A DNA stretch of 64,000 bases from the human T2T-CHM13v2.0 reference genome, Homo sapiens, in the NCBI RefSeq assembly GCF_009914755.1, contig NC_060928.1. One strand, 5' to 3'. Below the pieces are notes generated by a model that was not told the DNA's origin, ran no database searches, and saw nothing but the letters and a program-made list of their open reading frames with translations. This document shows positions 20,008 through 35,016 of the stretch, piece after piece (position 1 is the first letter of the stretch; each line of letters starts with the position of its first letter). A program made the position numbers and the translations under genes.

Positions 20008-20377
20008 CATATAATTAAAAGTGAGTGCCTGGCTTATAACAAACAGGAAAGATCAAAATTCCATCCCTTTATATTATTTTATCTGAAAGATCAAAAGTCC
20101 ACTTCTTAATTTATATTATTTTCTCTTTTCTAACAGTTTAACCTATATACTCCTTATTTCCAAAATTATCTAGTGTCCTCTGTTTATTGGAAATATTACC
20201 TTTCCCCATTTTCCTTGGTAAGACAGAATGATATAGGTTCCTTTCTTCACTTGCACAAAACAAAAATTCTATGTTATTTAAGTCATTGAGTCTGTTTCCA
20301 ATGGCACAATATAAAGGGTTTCTCAGCAGAAAATCCATTCTCGTGCATACAAATATAAAATCAAAAACTGTATTTTC

Positions 20378-20666
20378 TACCTGGCACAATGGCTCATGCC
20401 CATAATCCCAGCACTTTGGGAGGCCAAGGCAGATGGATCACTTGAGGTCAGGTGTTTGAGACCAACCTGGTCGACATGATGAAACCCAGACTGTACTAAG
20501 AATACAAAGATTAGCAGGGCATGGTGGCATGTGCATCTAATCCCAGCTACTCAGGAGGCTGAGGCAGGAGAATCACTTGAACCCAGGAAACAGAGGTTGC
20601 AGTGAGCCACTGCACTGTCTCCTGGGTGACAGAGCGCAACACCATCTCAAAAAAAAAAAACAAAAA
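20378..20666 (+). mobile_element. Alu (AluS, Sx/Sz-like) with a small right-arm deletion
   Basis: Dimer and A tail. TSD aaaaactgtattttc at 20363-20377 and 20667-20681. gtgagccactgcac lacks the gagatcgcgcc block. Confidence 0.95.
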
Positions 20667-21745
20667 AAAAACTGTATTTTCAACAGGCAGACTGACAGGC
20701 TTACTAGTTTCTCTGCTTAGTGTCCTCATTTTGCCACACTGGCAGTAGCAATACCACCCCACCTTTGAAAGGGACCTAATAGACCAACAGAACAAGGTTG
20801 GCAGTTTCCCCATAGGGATATTTCCCCTTAACTTTTGGTGATGTATAACTACCTATTTAGCTCTAATGAATATAGCCAAAATGGAAATATCACCTCTTAT
20901 TTAAGTAGTAGATGTCAGCTCCTCATGAAACAGTAAGTTACGGCTGTGAATACCGATGGCTGCCATATACGCTACTCATAAAAGTTATCCTCTATCACTC
21001 CCAGCTCTGATAGCAGACTTAAGGGTGACATTTATTTTATTTAAAAAAATCATTTTGAACAAAGATTTACTTCCTCTCTTTACCACCACTTCCCCATCAC
21101 TTAAGTCAATTACATTCTGTCTCCAAAAAAATCAGAAATCTTTCACTAGTTCTAACCGAATCTAAAGACGTCCTCCTATTCTAAATGTGTTTATTTTAAT
21201 CAGTCTCATAAGATGCATTCAGGTTTAAAGATGGATTAAAAATACCAGAGTCAAGGTTATTTTTTAATTCATCTCAATAATTTATCATTTCTATGCTTTA
21301 TTTTGTAATCATTATTGTATACCTGAAGAATATCCCAGAGATCCAAAAGCTGATGGGAATTTCTTAAATAAACTTGGCAATTTTATAGAGAAAGGAAGAA
21401 GTCTTAGAAACTAAGTGGACTTTAATTAAAGAAAAGTTTGTTTACTCTCAGCATGGTAATTAAAATATAATTAATATTTAAAGAAAAAATTCTAATACAA
21501 AAAATATGTTTGAACTTCTCCATGACTGTACTAATGAGCTCAATGACTCACCTTACTGTACCCATGTTTCCTACTCTCCAGTTGACAAGAACAACAAATA
21601 TAATTGTAAACATTTTGTAAAAATAAAATCATTATTTTGTATTTAATGCATATAGATATGTAGCAAAAAAAAAACTAGATAAAATTTAAAAATAATGAAC
21701 GCCATTATAAATCTAAACCGCAAGATTCTGACACCACCACCTCTT

Positions 21746-22033
21746 TTTTTTTGTGATGGAGTTTCGCTCTGTCACACAGGTTGGAGAGCAATGGCCTGAT
21801 CTTGGCTCACTACAACCTCCACCTCCCGGGTTCAAGTGATTCTCCTGCTTCAGTCTCCTGAGTAGTAGGGATTACAGATGCGCATCACCATACCCGGCTA
21901 ATATTTTGTATTTTTAGTAAAGATGGGGTTACTAAATGTTAGCCAAGCTGGTCTCGAACTCCTGACCTCGTGATCCGCCCACTTCGGCCTCCCAAAGGGC
22001 TGGGATTACAGGCGTGAGCCACCGCACCCAGCT
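21746..22033 (-). mobile_element. Alu (AluSg-like)
   Basis: Full dimer. TSD core ccaccacctctt on both sides. Confidence 0.96.
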
Positions 22034-24149
22034 TGCCACCACCTCTTAATTACATATTACATATATTAGTTTTTTATAGACATACCATTCTCTATCAATA
22101 CTAAACTCTACTAGGGGGTCAGATTTATTTTCTCATTTAGTAATAGATCCAAGATGCCAACTAAAAGTTAGACCAAACTGGAAAGAAAATGTAAAGTCTT
22201 CAGTCTCCTTGTTGTGTTTGTTATTTTTTTAAGTCTTTGAGAAATACACCAATACCTGTTGGTTTACAGGCATATTCTCCTTTGTTTCTAATAAGTTTTA
22301 AAATAAATTTTGCATTTTTATCAAATTAATTTGAGCCATAATTGAACTCAGTTTGACAAAGGAAACACATCAGAATCTACTTGAGTACATTTTCTGTCAC
22401 CATCTGAGTTTAACTGGTATTAGGGCAGCCTTTCTTCTCAGTGCTCTAGATCCAAAATATGCCTTTAAGAATCAGATTAGATTCAGTTGCAAGTATATTT
22501 AAAAACTCTGTAGTCCCCATCAGATTCATCTCTCCCTTTCTTGGCACAGGTCAGCCACCTATATAAAATGGCAATGAGATACTAAACTCTTTGGTCAATT
22601 TGTTGACTCTGATTTTAAGCTAGACTCAAAAATGAGAACCAGATGTAGACGCAAAGTTCATTATCTGTCTGGCTACCACTTTCCCAGACAAATGACCTAT
22701 TGACTAACTCATAGGTAAATTTCCATCAATAGCTTCAAATTCCACATAACCTCGAAGGACATTAAATCTATTCATTTATGTCTTGCTTTAGTATCCAAGT
22801 AAATGAAGCAGGATTTAGAAACTTGATTAGCTGAATCATGGTTGGTTATGGGATAAGCTTTATTACTTATTTGGTAGAATTTGCACAACACATTAAGTTT
22901 GGTAATTAATAGAATCATGTATGGTAATTTGGGCTGTTAAGAGATTTCTGTTTGGTTGTGGATAGTCAAAACTACTTGATTAAAAGATTTCATAAGCTTC
23001 CATATGTAGCTTCTAAAACAAAAGCTGATTATATATTTAGTACCTACTACTGTATATTCACTGTTTTCTACTCATATCCCAAATCAAAATCTTGTCAAAA
23101 ATGAGAACAAAGAATACTTTGAATTCTTTTTAGAAGAAGGTAAGATTTTGGAAAAAGGTGAGTTTTGGATAGCCTCTCAGCATTTCTGGGATTGCTGCTT
23201 GTGCATTTTTTTACTGCTGACAAGATCCCTAATAGAACTAGAATTGTTTCAAACGAGATTGTGCAATTTAGCTTTGCATCCTCTTCTCTAGACCTATAAG
23301 TGTGATAGTAACTGATTCTCTTTTGCATGGCTCTAGAGGTAAAATTTATAGATTAGTGGACTTGGATTTGATACCTCACAAAGGGTTGGGGAAAGACAAG
23401 AACTAAAGAGCAGTTCACTGTGTCCTATGTCAAAGAAACCCTGAATGCAATGAGGAAAGGGAGGAAAAAGAGTTTCATAGATCAGACTCTAAAATAGAAA
23501 AGGAGAGTGAATGCATTAAGGTTCAAAGGTTATAACTTGACAACAACCTAATATGGCAGTCTTATAATGGGAAGGGATCTGATCTATAAATTGTAATCCT
23601 ATCTCTCTGTCTATCCCACTGCATGATCTTGGGACTCAATTTTCTAATCTAAAAATGAGAATATTGAAGTTCTTGGTCTGTAAGTGTCATTCTAGCTGTA
23701 AAATTATCTAATCTGACCTGAAACAGGAGACTGAGTCCAGTTGTGAAGTAGGTAAAATTTCTGGCCTACAATCTCCCTACCAGTCTACATTTCCTTCCTC
23801 TTAGCACATTTCCTGCTGATCTCTTCAACCTCCAGGTCTTGTCCAGGATAAATAGTTTCCCTCTTGGGGCAGTAAAACTGTCTGGCAATTAATGCAATGT
23901 AGTTGACTAATAATAAAGATGTTAGCTGATGATGGCTAAATGAATGACCCTTCCCACAAGTAATAGCATTTTAAACATAAATGGATTCTCAAAGACTAAA
24001 ACACCATGACCCAAAAGACTGAAATTATAATGATGAACTGAGAGGAAGTAGACTTAATCTTTTGTGCATAAGTAATCATCTACCCTGCTTACTCATAAAG
24101 CTGTCCGGACTGCTTTGTCTAGAGTGAGAAGTTCAAGGTAGAAGTTGAA

Positions 24150-24392
24150 ACAACGCCACAGTGTGGTGGTTAATAGCACAGACATTGAAAGCAGAGTTGG
24201 ATTTAAGTCCCTGCTGTATCATTTCATAATTGCTTGAGTTTTAACAAGTTACTAACCTATCTAATCTTAAGTTTTCTTATCTATAAAATAGGATAATAAT
24301 GTCTATATCCCAGAATCATTTTAAAGAATGATGACAGTATAGTTGGCACATAGTACACATGTAAAAACTGCTTACTATCATTATTATTACCA
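24150..24392 (+). mobile_element. MIR
   Basis: cagtgtggtggttaatagcacagac…acaagttactaacctatctaatcttaagttttcttatctataaaatagg…ggcacatagt. Confidence 0.75.
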
Positions 24393-25319
24393 CTTATCTG
24401 GGAACATTAGTGATGAGCCTGTTTAAAAATCAAATGATGTTATTTTCACTTCCACATGTAGAGCCACAACAAGCCTTGCTGTTTTATAAAATGAATATAC
24501 AATATAAGATCTCTGACTATAAAATAATGACACTGGCTTAGCATCAGCAAATCAATCTGATTGTTTTATAGTTACATTTTCATAATTAATTGGCTGAATA
24601 CTGGTTTACCTTGTAAGATCTATCCTTCCTATGTTCAATGGGCAACTTGCAGCCCCGCATAAATGGTGGATAATTTCCCTAAGTCTTCAAAATTATCTGT
24701 CCTATTCGATAATCTTTAAATGATGGAAATAAATTGAATTGAAATGGAAAAGGACTGACCTCATGCTATGAATCAAATAAGTACAAATGAGAAACTAATC
24801 CAAAACAGAAGCACTCTGGATTTGCACACTTTATTAGCCCTTGGTCCCTATGTCTTCTGACTACTCAATATCAACTATTGTAGCATTATTTTACTATATA
24901 AATCCTTCTATGTTTTATTCAGATCAATAGCTTTTGCCTTTAAATTTATAGATCTTGCTTGACCAAGTATTGAATAACTATGAAGCCAAGGACTGGGAAG
25001 AGCTCCCTCTGCTAATAGTGCCAAGGGGAATCCTGACAAAGTAAGCCGCCATCTACTCCTCTCCAGCTTTTCATCTTCAGAGTCCAGAGGGATCCCCAGA
25101 TGCGGGGAGTAAGCCTACTCCTCTGACCTCTATACCTCCATTACTAAGGGTCAAATGAAAAGTGCCAAATCTTTACATATCCAGGTAAGAGCCATCCTCT
25201 CCTCCTGCCTGAATACTGACTAGACTGTACCAGCCTTAGGGCCATCAGGACAAATTTCATCATGCTTCTTATCACTGTTTATGTCTTTATCACAGGAAAC
25301 CCAAGATTTCCTGGTCATC

Positions 25320-27300
<1,981 letters not shown>

Positions 27301-27553
27301 GCAAAGAATTTTAAAACTTGAAAAGTTCTTAGATGTTTAGAAAATAGGCAACATACTCAATTACAGTGTTGTTATAATAATAATAATAATGAACATTGTA
27401 ATGCTTACTGTGTGTCAATCACTACTTTAATGGTTTTTCTATGTCTGTCTATTCATAAAATTAGCTCATTTAACCCTCACAATTAACCTATAAAGTAGAA
27501 AATACTTTTGTCCACATTTTATAAATAAAGAAATTAAGTCCCAGAGAGGTTAA

Positions 27554-28007
27554 TGATGAGGCTTAGGACATGCTACCCCAAAATATGGCACCTTGGTATT
27601 TGAGAAAACAGCAAAAGCAGAAAGGTCACTCTCACCTTCCCCTCATCACTTCTCCCATAAAGCAGGCCATAAAACCTAACTGACCTTCCCCATAAGACCC
27701 TATACATGGAGGAAAAGAACATTCTTATCTCTGAAGACACTGAGACCCAGAAAAGAATCTGAGCAAACAGGCTTTGCTAAGTTTCCCCAGTCTATCACCA
27801 TTAGATCATACTTGTCCTCGCATACTTTTCCACAACTATCAACTTTATCAAACAGCATAGAAATACACAGGTTTCCCTGTTTCTTTGGGTCTTCATTTCT
27901 GAAGCCTTCTGTGTCCTGTAACACTTATATTGAATAATTGTTATGCTTATCTCTTGTTAATCTGTCCTTTGTTTTACAGACCTCAGCCACGAACCTAGCA
28001 ACATACA
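27554..28007 (+). mobile_element. ERV1 solo LTR (MER39/MER34 group) inserted in a minus-strand MIR
   Basis: tgatgaggcttaggacatgctaccccaaaatatggcaccttgg…gttaatctgtcctttgtt…aca. MIR sequence (cagagaggttaa | …ctcaagattacac) continues on both sides. Confidence 0.8.
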
Positions 28008-30512
28008 TTTAAAAACACGCTCAAGATTACACTGTATATGGAAAATCAAAATTTGGATCTGGAATTTATGCTTAACTTCTCTAGGCTCTGTTTCCTCTGT
28101 TAAAATTGAGAAAAAAAGATATTTGCAGGATTGTGGCGAGAATTATATATAATATATTGAGGGTATAAAGACAACAGCACAGTGTCTAACTCTGGGATGT
28201 CAGTACATGGAAGCAATAATTATGCTGCAACTGCTAAACATACAGAGTAAAATTTGATACAAGGAATCTGAAAATACCTTTCTAAATAGAAGTGCTATGT
28301 TATTCAGTCTCCCAATTTGTGTTTTGTTTGGTGGAGCCATATTTAAGAGAGGCCTTCAAAATCACACAAATAAAAATTAGTCTTTCTGCTCTTTGGAAAA
28401 AAATTAATTGGAGTTCATTTTTGTTATTGTTTTCTTAGCTTAGTGGCTGTATTATGCAAGTCTGTATCAATATACACACAGTCTAACAATGCAGGCATAT
28501 TTTCAAGTGAAAGGGGGTAGATTTTGTAAACCACTCAGTATTTGTTTCGTTAGTCCAAGACTCTAACCTTCTCTTCATTCAAGCTTGCAGAGTTCCAATA
28601 TAAAGAAATCTTTAAACCCCATGCTGCTGACTGGCATGAGCTCTGTTCTGGTACCATAGAGGAGCCAGACATAAGGCTCCAGACAGGGACCCTGAAATGA
28701 AGTAGGTAGATTGATGTCCCCATTTGTGATCCAGTGCCCCAAAATAACTTCACAGCATGAGTGACTGTGTGAGGGCCCTACTGAATTTGTATTCTAGAAC
28801 AGACTAAAAGGTCAACATGCATGTATATTTACAAAGGAATTGGTATTTGCTAATCAGTTAGGGGAAATGTTTCTTCCTTTGTAGCAATTTCTCAAAAAAA
28901 AAGCTTCTTAAAGAGAGCATCTCATCTCTTTTTCTGTAGAAAGCCTGCAGTCAGTCTTAGAAAACTCTCACAAATTACACTTCTGTATTTTCTGAAATAC
29001 TTAGGACAAAACGTGGTCAAACTGATAGTCTACTCATGCTACAATCTTATAACCAAGATTAAGATGCAATGTCAAATAGTAAGTTTTTCATATCCATTAA
29101 AGGGGGAAAATGTGCATACTTGTTTTGAAGCCATATTGTTGTATAAATTCCCTAGACTGGCAAATATTCTTTAGTTGCAAACTATGGGTGGAGCATGTCA
29201 GTTTCACATGTGACAATAATTGTCAACCACCTTTATCAGAATAGAGATTATACCGCTATACAATTCCTCTGATAGTAAGAATGAGTAAAGTGATCTTCTA
29301 TCTCCAATCCCCAATTCTATAGACATAAACTTATTTGTCATGTTATCCTGGCTTAATTAGTTCTGAAAACATTTGTTAGCATGACTCTTATAGAGATATC
29401 TAGAAAAATACATTAATAATGAAAACACTCCTTTTGAAAATATAAAATCAGAGTTGCTTAGTAGCCCTCCATCTCCTTTTCAGGCTATGCTGTCTGATAG
29501 ACTGCTTCTCCAGAATCCATGTCCTTTACATCAGGTAACTCTTCCAGTCACCAAACAGCACTTGCACCTGACAAAGTGATGGAATTGCTGGGCCTCACAG
29601 CTTCTCTGCCTCTATTCACTCCACTGCTCAGTTTGTTGTGATCACTACATCTCCCTTTCTCAGTCAACCCTCTCTCATAACCCTTTAAAATTTCACACTA
29701 GAGATTATTTTACATAGAGTATAGTTCTAATTTTGTGAGTTCTAACAACATAGAATAGAATCCCTTAATGCCTTTAATCACTTAATCCATGTGACACCCC
29801 CACTTCCAGGAATATCTGATTACCTCCATGATTTATGTCTTCTTGCAAAGCTTAACCACAGTAGCTGGCACTTCCTCATCTGGCCTCAGCCCCCTGCTGT
29901 TTTATTTCTTCTTCAGTTACTACTCTCAGTATTCATTCTCATCCACTACTTTACAAATATTACTCAATAAATATCAGTTTAATTAAGTTGGGATTTTTCT
30001 TATTATTTTAGTAACTTTGGATTCTAAATGTGCTTCTGGGTATAAAGTGAGCTTTGGTTTTATACATGAGTGCCTTGGGAATTTATTGAAGGGATAATTA
30101 ACGCATATTTGAGTTTGTGGAGAAAAACTAGAATGGGTAATTTGGAGGTAAAGATAAAAAGATGACAGAAACATCACCTAGTTAAGACAAAGGTAATACT
30201 AGGATGAATCTGAGAGATCTATCAACCCAAACAAGTATAATAAAAACAATGTTTAGCTTACAATACGCATAGAATGTGAACTCCAGTGGATAATGGTGAT
30301 GGGCAAGGCAGCAAGGTAAATGAAGCAACTATTACACATGGACAAAAGATCAATCAGTAAAGAGGGTTGGTATGAGGTCATAGCTGCAGTTAACACTTGT
30401 AATTCAGCCACAATGATATTCTGTCATGAGGAAAATACAATAAGTTTAAAGATTTGCCATCTAATAAGATGTTTTTATTAGTGGAGCATAAACACAATGT
30501 TGTATCAAATGA

Positions 30513-30836
<324 letters not shown>

Positions 30837-31055
30837 TGAAATAAATTTTTATTTGATAATGTATCCATATATTTTTATTGCCTGAATCCTGTAGTTTTAC
30901 TGAGTAGTTTTTTGAGGAAATGGAAGAACTAGTTATCTCATCCCTTAGATTAACAAAAATTATAGGAAAAAAAAGCTCATGAGAATATTTAAACAATAAT
31001 TTGTGTACATTACTATTATAATCCTATTGACCCATAAAGATGTGCACGTACTTAT

Positions 31056-31062
31056 TACACAT

Positions 31063-31098
<36 letters not shown>

Positions 31099-31101
31099 GC
31101 A
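31056..31101. repeat. (CA)n microsatellite
   Basis: Seen directly. Confidence 0.95.
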
Positions 31102-31701
31102 TGGCCATAACTGTGCCCTGGCCAGACTTTACCTGCCCATAGGTCTCAGAGCCCAATTCCTCACCTCCAATGTGAAGAACTAGATATGGGGGCAGGAATG
31201 TAGATAGCAGGGGCTTGGGGCAACAAGAATGTGTGCACTGCTAGTGGTGTGTACAGTGTAGCTGCAGGGAAGTGAGTGAGCAAAAACATGGGTGTGTGCA
31301 CACAACCAGCATGGCTGCCATGTAGAATTCTTCAGGTTCTACAATATTAAGAAAATTTACTTAAGAAAGGAAATCTTTTCTAATTCAAAAAAAGGTATTA
31401 AATGGATTAATGGTGTCCCTCCTTCTGAAGCTAAACCTAGAAATATAACACTATATAAGAAGAGGCAGAAAAAAACATACCTACAAGAGAAGCAGAAAAA
31501 TCAGGAACCAGCTCACAAAATGGACTTAAGACTAGAAGAAAAATGGAATGCAAGTTGAAGACAGAGTTAGTAAACTATAGACAGAAAACGTGGAGCAGAG
31601 AAGGGATAATTGGGTGCCACTGAAGAATGTAGTGGTCTGCTGCCACTTTCCCTGATTGCTTGTGTTCAGATCCCTGGGCAGCCACTTACTAAATGGTACT
31701 T

Positions 31702-32377
31702 GTATTAGCCTGTTCTCACACTTCTATGAACAACTTCTGGAGACTGGGTGATTTATAAGGAAAGAGGTTTAGGCCAGGCGCAGTGTGCTCATGCCTGTAA
31801 TCCCAGCACTTTGGGAGGCCAAGGTGGGTGGATCACGAGGTCAGGAGTTCAAGACCAGCCTGGCCAAGATGGTGAAATCTCGTCTCTACTAAAAACACAA
31901 AAATTAGCTGGGCATGGTGGCATGCACCTGTAATCCTAGCTGCTCAGGAGGCTGAGGCAGGAGAATCCCTTGAACCCAGGAGGTGGGGGTTGCAGTGAGC
32001 CGAGATCGTGCCATTGCTCTCCAGCCTGGGCAACAAGAGCGAAACTCCGTCAAAAAAAAAAAAAAAGAAAGAAAGAAAGGAAAGAGGTGTAATTGACTCA
32101 CAGTTCTGCATGGCGGAGGAGGCCTCAGGAAACTTACAATCATGGCGAAAGGGGGAGCAGACACCTTCTTCACAAGAAGGCAGGAGGAGAGACGAGTGTG
32201 TGAGAGTGCAGGAAAAACTACATTTGTATAACCATCAGATCTTGTGAGAATTTACTCACTATCAAGAGAACAGAATGGGGGAACCACTCCCATGATCCAA
32301 TCACTTCCTTCCTTCAACATGTGGGGATCACAATTTGAGATGAGATTTGCGTGGGACACAGAGCCAAACTATATTAG
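31702..32377 (-). mobile_element. MaLR solo LTR (MSTA/THE1D-like), split by an Alu and nested in a MIR
   Basis: tgtattagcctgttctcacac…ggcctcaggaaacttacaatcatgg…gacacagagccaaactatatta. MIR core is split on either side. Confidence 0.9.
31772..32076 (+). mobile_element. Alu (AluSg-like left arm with an Sq/Sp-like 3' end)
   Basis: Full dimer. TSD aaggaaagaggt(t/g)ta at 31757-31771 and 32077-32091. Confidence 0.96.
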
Positions 32378-33689
32378 TGCCCATGGTCAAGTCGTTTAAA
32401 CTGCAAGTGCCTGGATTTCCTCGTCTGCAAATTAAGATCATGACACTACACTTGTCATAAGTTTTGTGTATGTAAGTACATTAAATAAAGAAACAAGTCT
32501 AAAGCACATAGTAATAATAAACATTCAATAAATGTTGTTATCATTAATGTTAGTCTTATTATTATTCACAAATGGTTTGGTAACAGGTTCTCAAAGCCAT
32601 AAATTGCTCTGCACCAAAGCCTCTTCCCTGACTTACCTCCATGACATGAGAAATCAGTAAAGGCAGTATCACATCCCTTCCAAATCTGTATGTCCAGTGG
32701 GATCTTCTAGCAGGACCAGAGAGCAGTGGAAGGACAGGGCCAACATAAAAATGGTGCCCAGAAGAAAGCTCTCTGCTCGTTTCCATCTCTTCCATTTTCC
32801 AAGTCAGCAGGCAAAGGATAGTATCCAAAAATATGAAGCCACTTGTCTAGGAATATGGCCAGGTGGATAAAAGTGAGTACATGGTGTGCAATTAATCATG
32901 CACAGTATTGTGGAGTTACATACATTACTAAGAATTGCCAATAAATCTGTCAATTAAGTTATAATACCAGAATGAATTAAGGACATAAGGAAATTGTCCA
33001 TAGAACCTAACATTTTCATTAAAACACAATAAAAATGTTGCCCTAAATTTTGTTTCTGGGGCAGAACTCTTTCCAGTGGTTGCATGATAATTTTTTAAAA
33101 GAAATAAAGGCCTTTTTAAGAAGCAAATAGCATGGCGTCACTGTATTCCAGACTAAACCTAAGAAAAATGTTTCTTACTTTCTATTTAGGTGATCTAAAT
33201 ATACTATAAATAACGCAAGAAACTTCTAGAACTCCTCTAAGCTATAATGAACCTAAAATAGAAGCAGAAGATTATGAGTAATAAACAAGCTTACCAGGAC
33301 AAATGTGATGCATATCATAGCAAAACCCCCAGGGCATCAAAAATAATGATGAAACACCACATATTTGACGGGGGTGCTGCAGCAGCTGTCAGAACAGCAT
33401 GGAGTATCAATACAAGCTACAGAGAAATTGTGTTTAAGTATGGTCCCCGAGCCCACTGTGCACCTAGGAGTTGTGACAGGCACTTCAAATAGCATCTTTA
33501 ATGACTATTCAAATAAAGATAGAATGATTCGTGATATCCTTTCTCATTTTTTTAAATACCAAATATGAAGCCAACCCTACATAAATTCCTTTACCTTGCT
33601 GAGTGAGAAAAAATCTCTCATTATAATATACTCCCATAAATCACTCAGGATTGTGTAGTAGAAATAGCTTGGCTCTGCCTTTAATTCTG

Positions 33690-33752
<63 letters not shown>

Positions 33753-33759
33753 GAGAGAG
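33690..33759. repeat. Compound (TC)n(TG)n microsatellite
   Basis: Seen directly. Confidence 0.95.
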
Positions 33760-35016
33760 AAATAGGATTATCACCTACTTTACAAAGTCTTTGTAAGTAA
33801 AAGTAATTTGTGTCATAAGTGCTCAATGATATATATTTTCTCTAGAAATAAATGCAGTATCTATAAGCTAACATAATGTCTAACACAGAGTACTTCTTCA
33901 ATGAATATTTGTATAGGAAAATGAGAAAGATGATAAAAGGATAGGGGAGAGAAAGATTAGGAAGAAGAAAAGCGAAAAGACAGAATGAAGAACTATTAGA
34001 AACATTTCCTAACACTCTGGCTAGCAGAAAAACCAGATCTTTGTGTGTTTTATCTGGTGTAGAAGCACAAAGTGTGTTGATGGAAAGGTGGTAGCTATTA
34101 TCCCCACGGTTCCCTGGTGAGGTATGTGAAGATTCAACAGTTCTCCTAACTGGTTAGTGGCAGAGCTAGAATTGAATTTCAAGTAGTGTACCTACTAAAT
34201 GCTTTGCCATACTTAGGTGAAAGCTTATGCATTATATCCTATTTGACCCTTTTTCTAAAACCTCTCACCAATTTGATGTGGCATCAGAGAGCAAGACACC
34301 ACATATCAATGCTAATCGCTTCCATTAGGCTGAACACTTTTTTTTCTCTTCAATTGATTTCCACCATTTTTGCTCTTGTAATTTAGGAAACTTTCTGAAT
34401 GCACAGTCTTCAGTCTCTTGGGTAGGAAACGTTTTGATATTTCCATGAAGTACTTTACTAATCTGCCTATATCCTTCTCAGCTTCACTGTTCACTGCTAC
34501 CCATAATATTATTCCCAATCAGTGTGTCTCTTTAATGTGTTGAACCTTTAGGGTGACTGATATGGGTTACACAGTAGTGAACTAAAGTGGATATAGAAAA
34601 AAAATGAGTGTCATAAGTCAGTTTGCTCCATTATTCTAATGGCTTTTAAAACATGAAATTATTTTTGATCAAGGCGTATTGAAAGTTTGCACAGTTTAGA
34701 AGCCATTTGATTTTCACATACTCTATATTTTAACATTTAACAATGTGACAGTCTCAAAATGGCACATTGTCAACTTGAAAGTCACTTTAGAAATTCTGAG
34801 GTACTAAACTAAGTGTGGGGTAGACCATATACAATTATCTATGGAATTGTAGGGCAATGTTGGCTCTCAAGGACTTAGATGACAATATCATCATCATATG
34901 ACCCATATAACTGTCACATTACTTTTCTTAAAGTGTAAACTTTTCATTAAATGTATTTTATTGAAACCAAAACATTTACAATTGAAGCTAAATTGATGAA
35001 AAAGAGTAACACCCTA

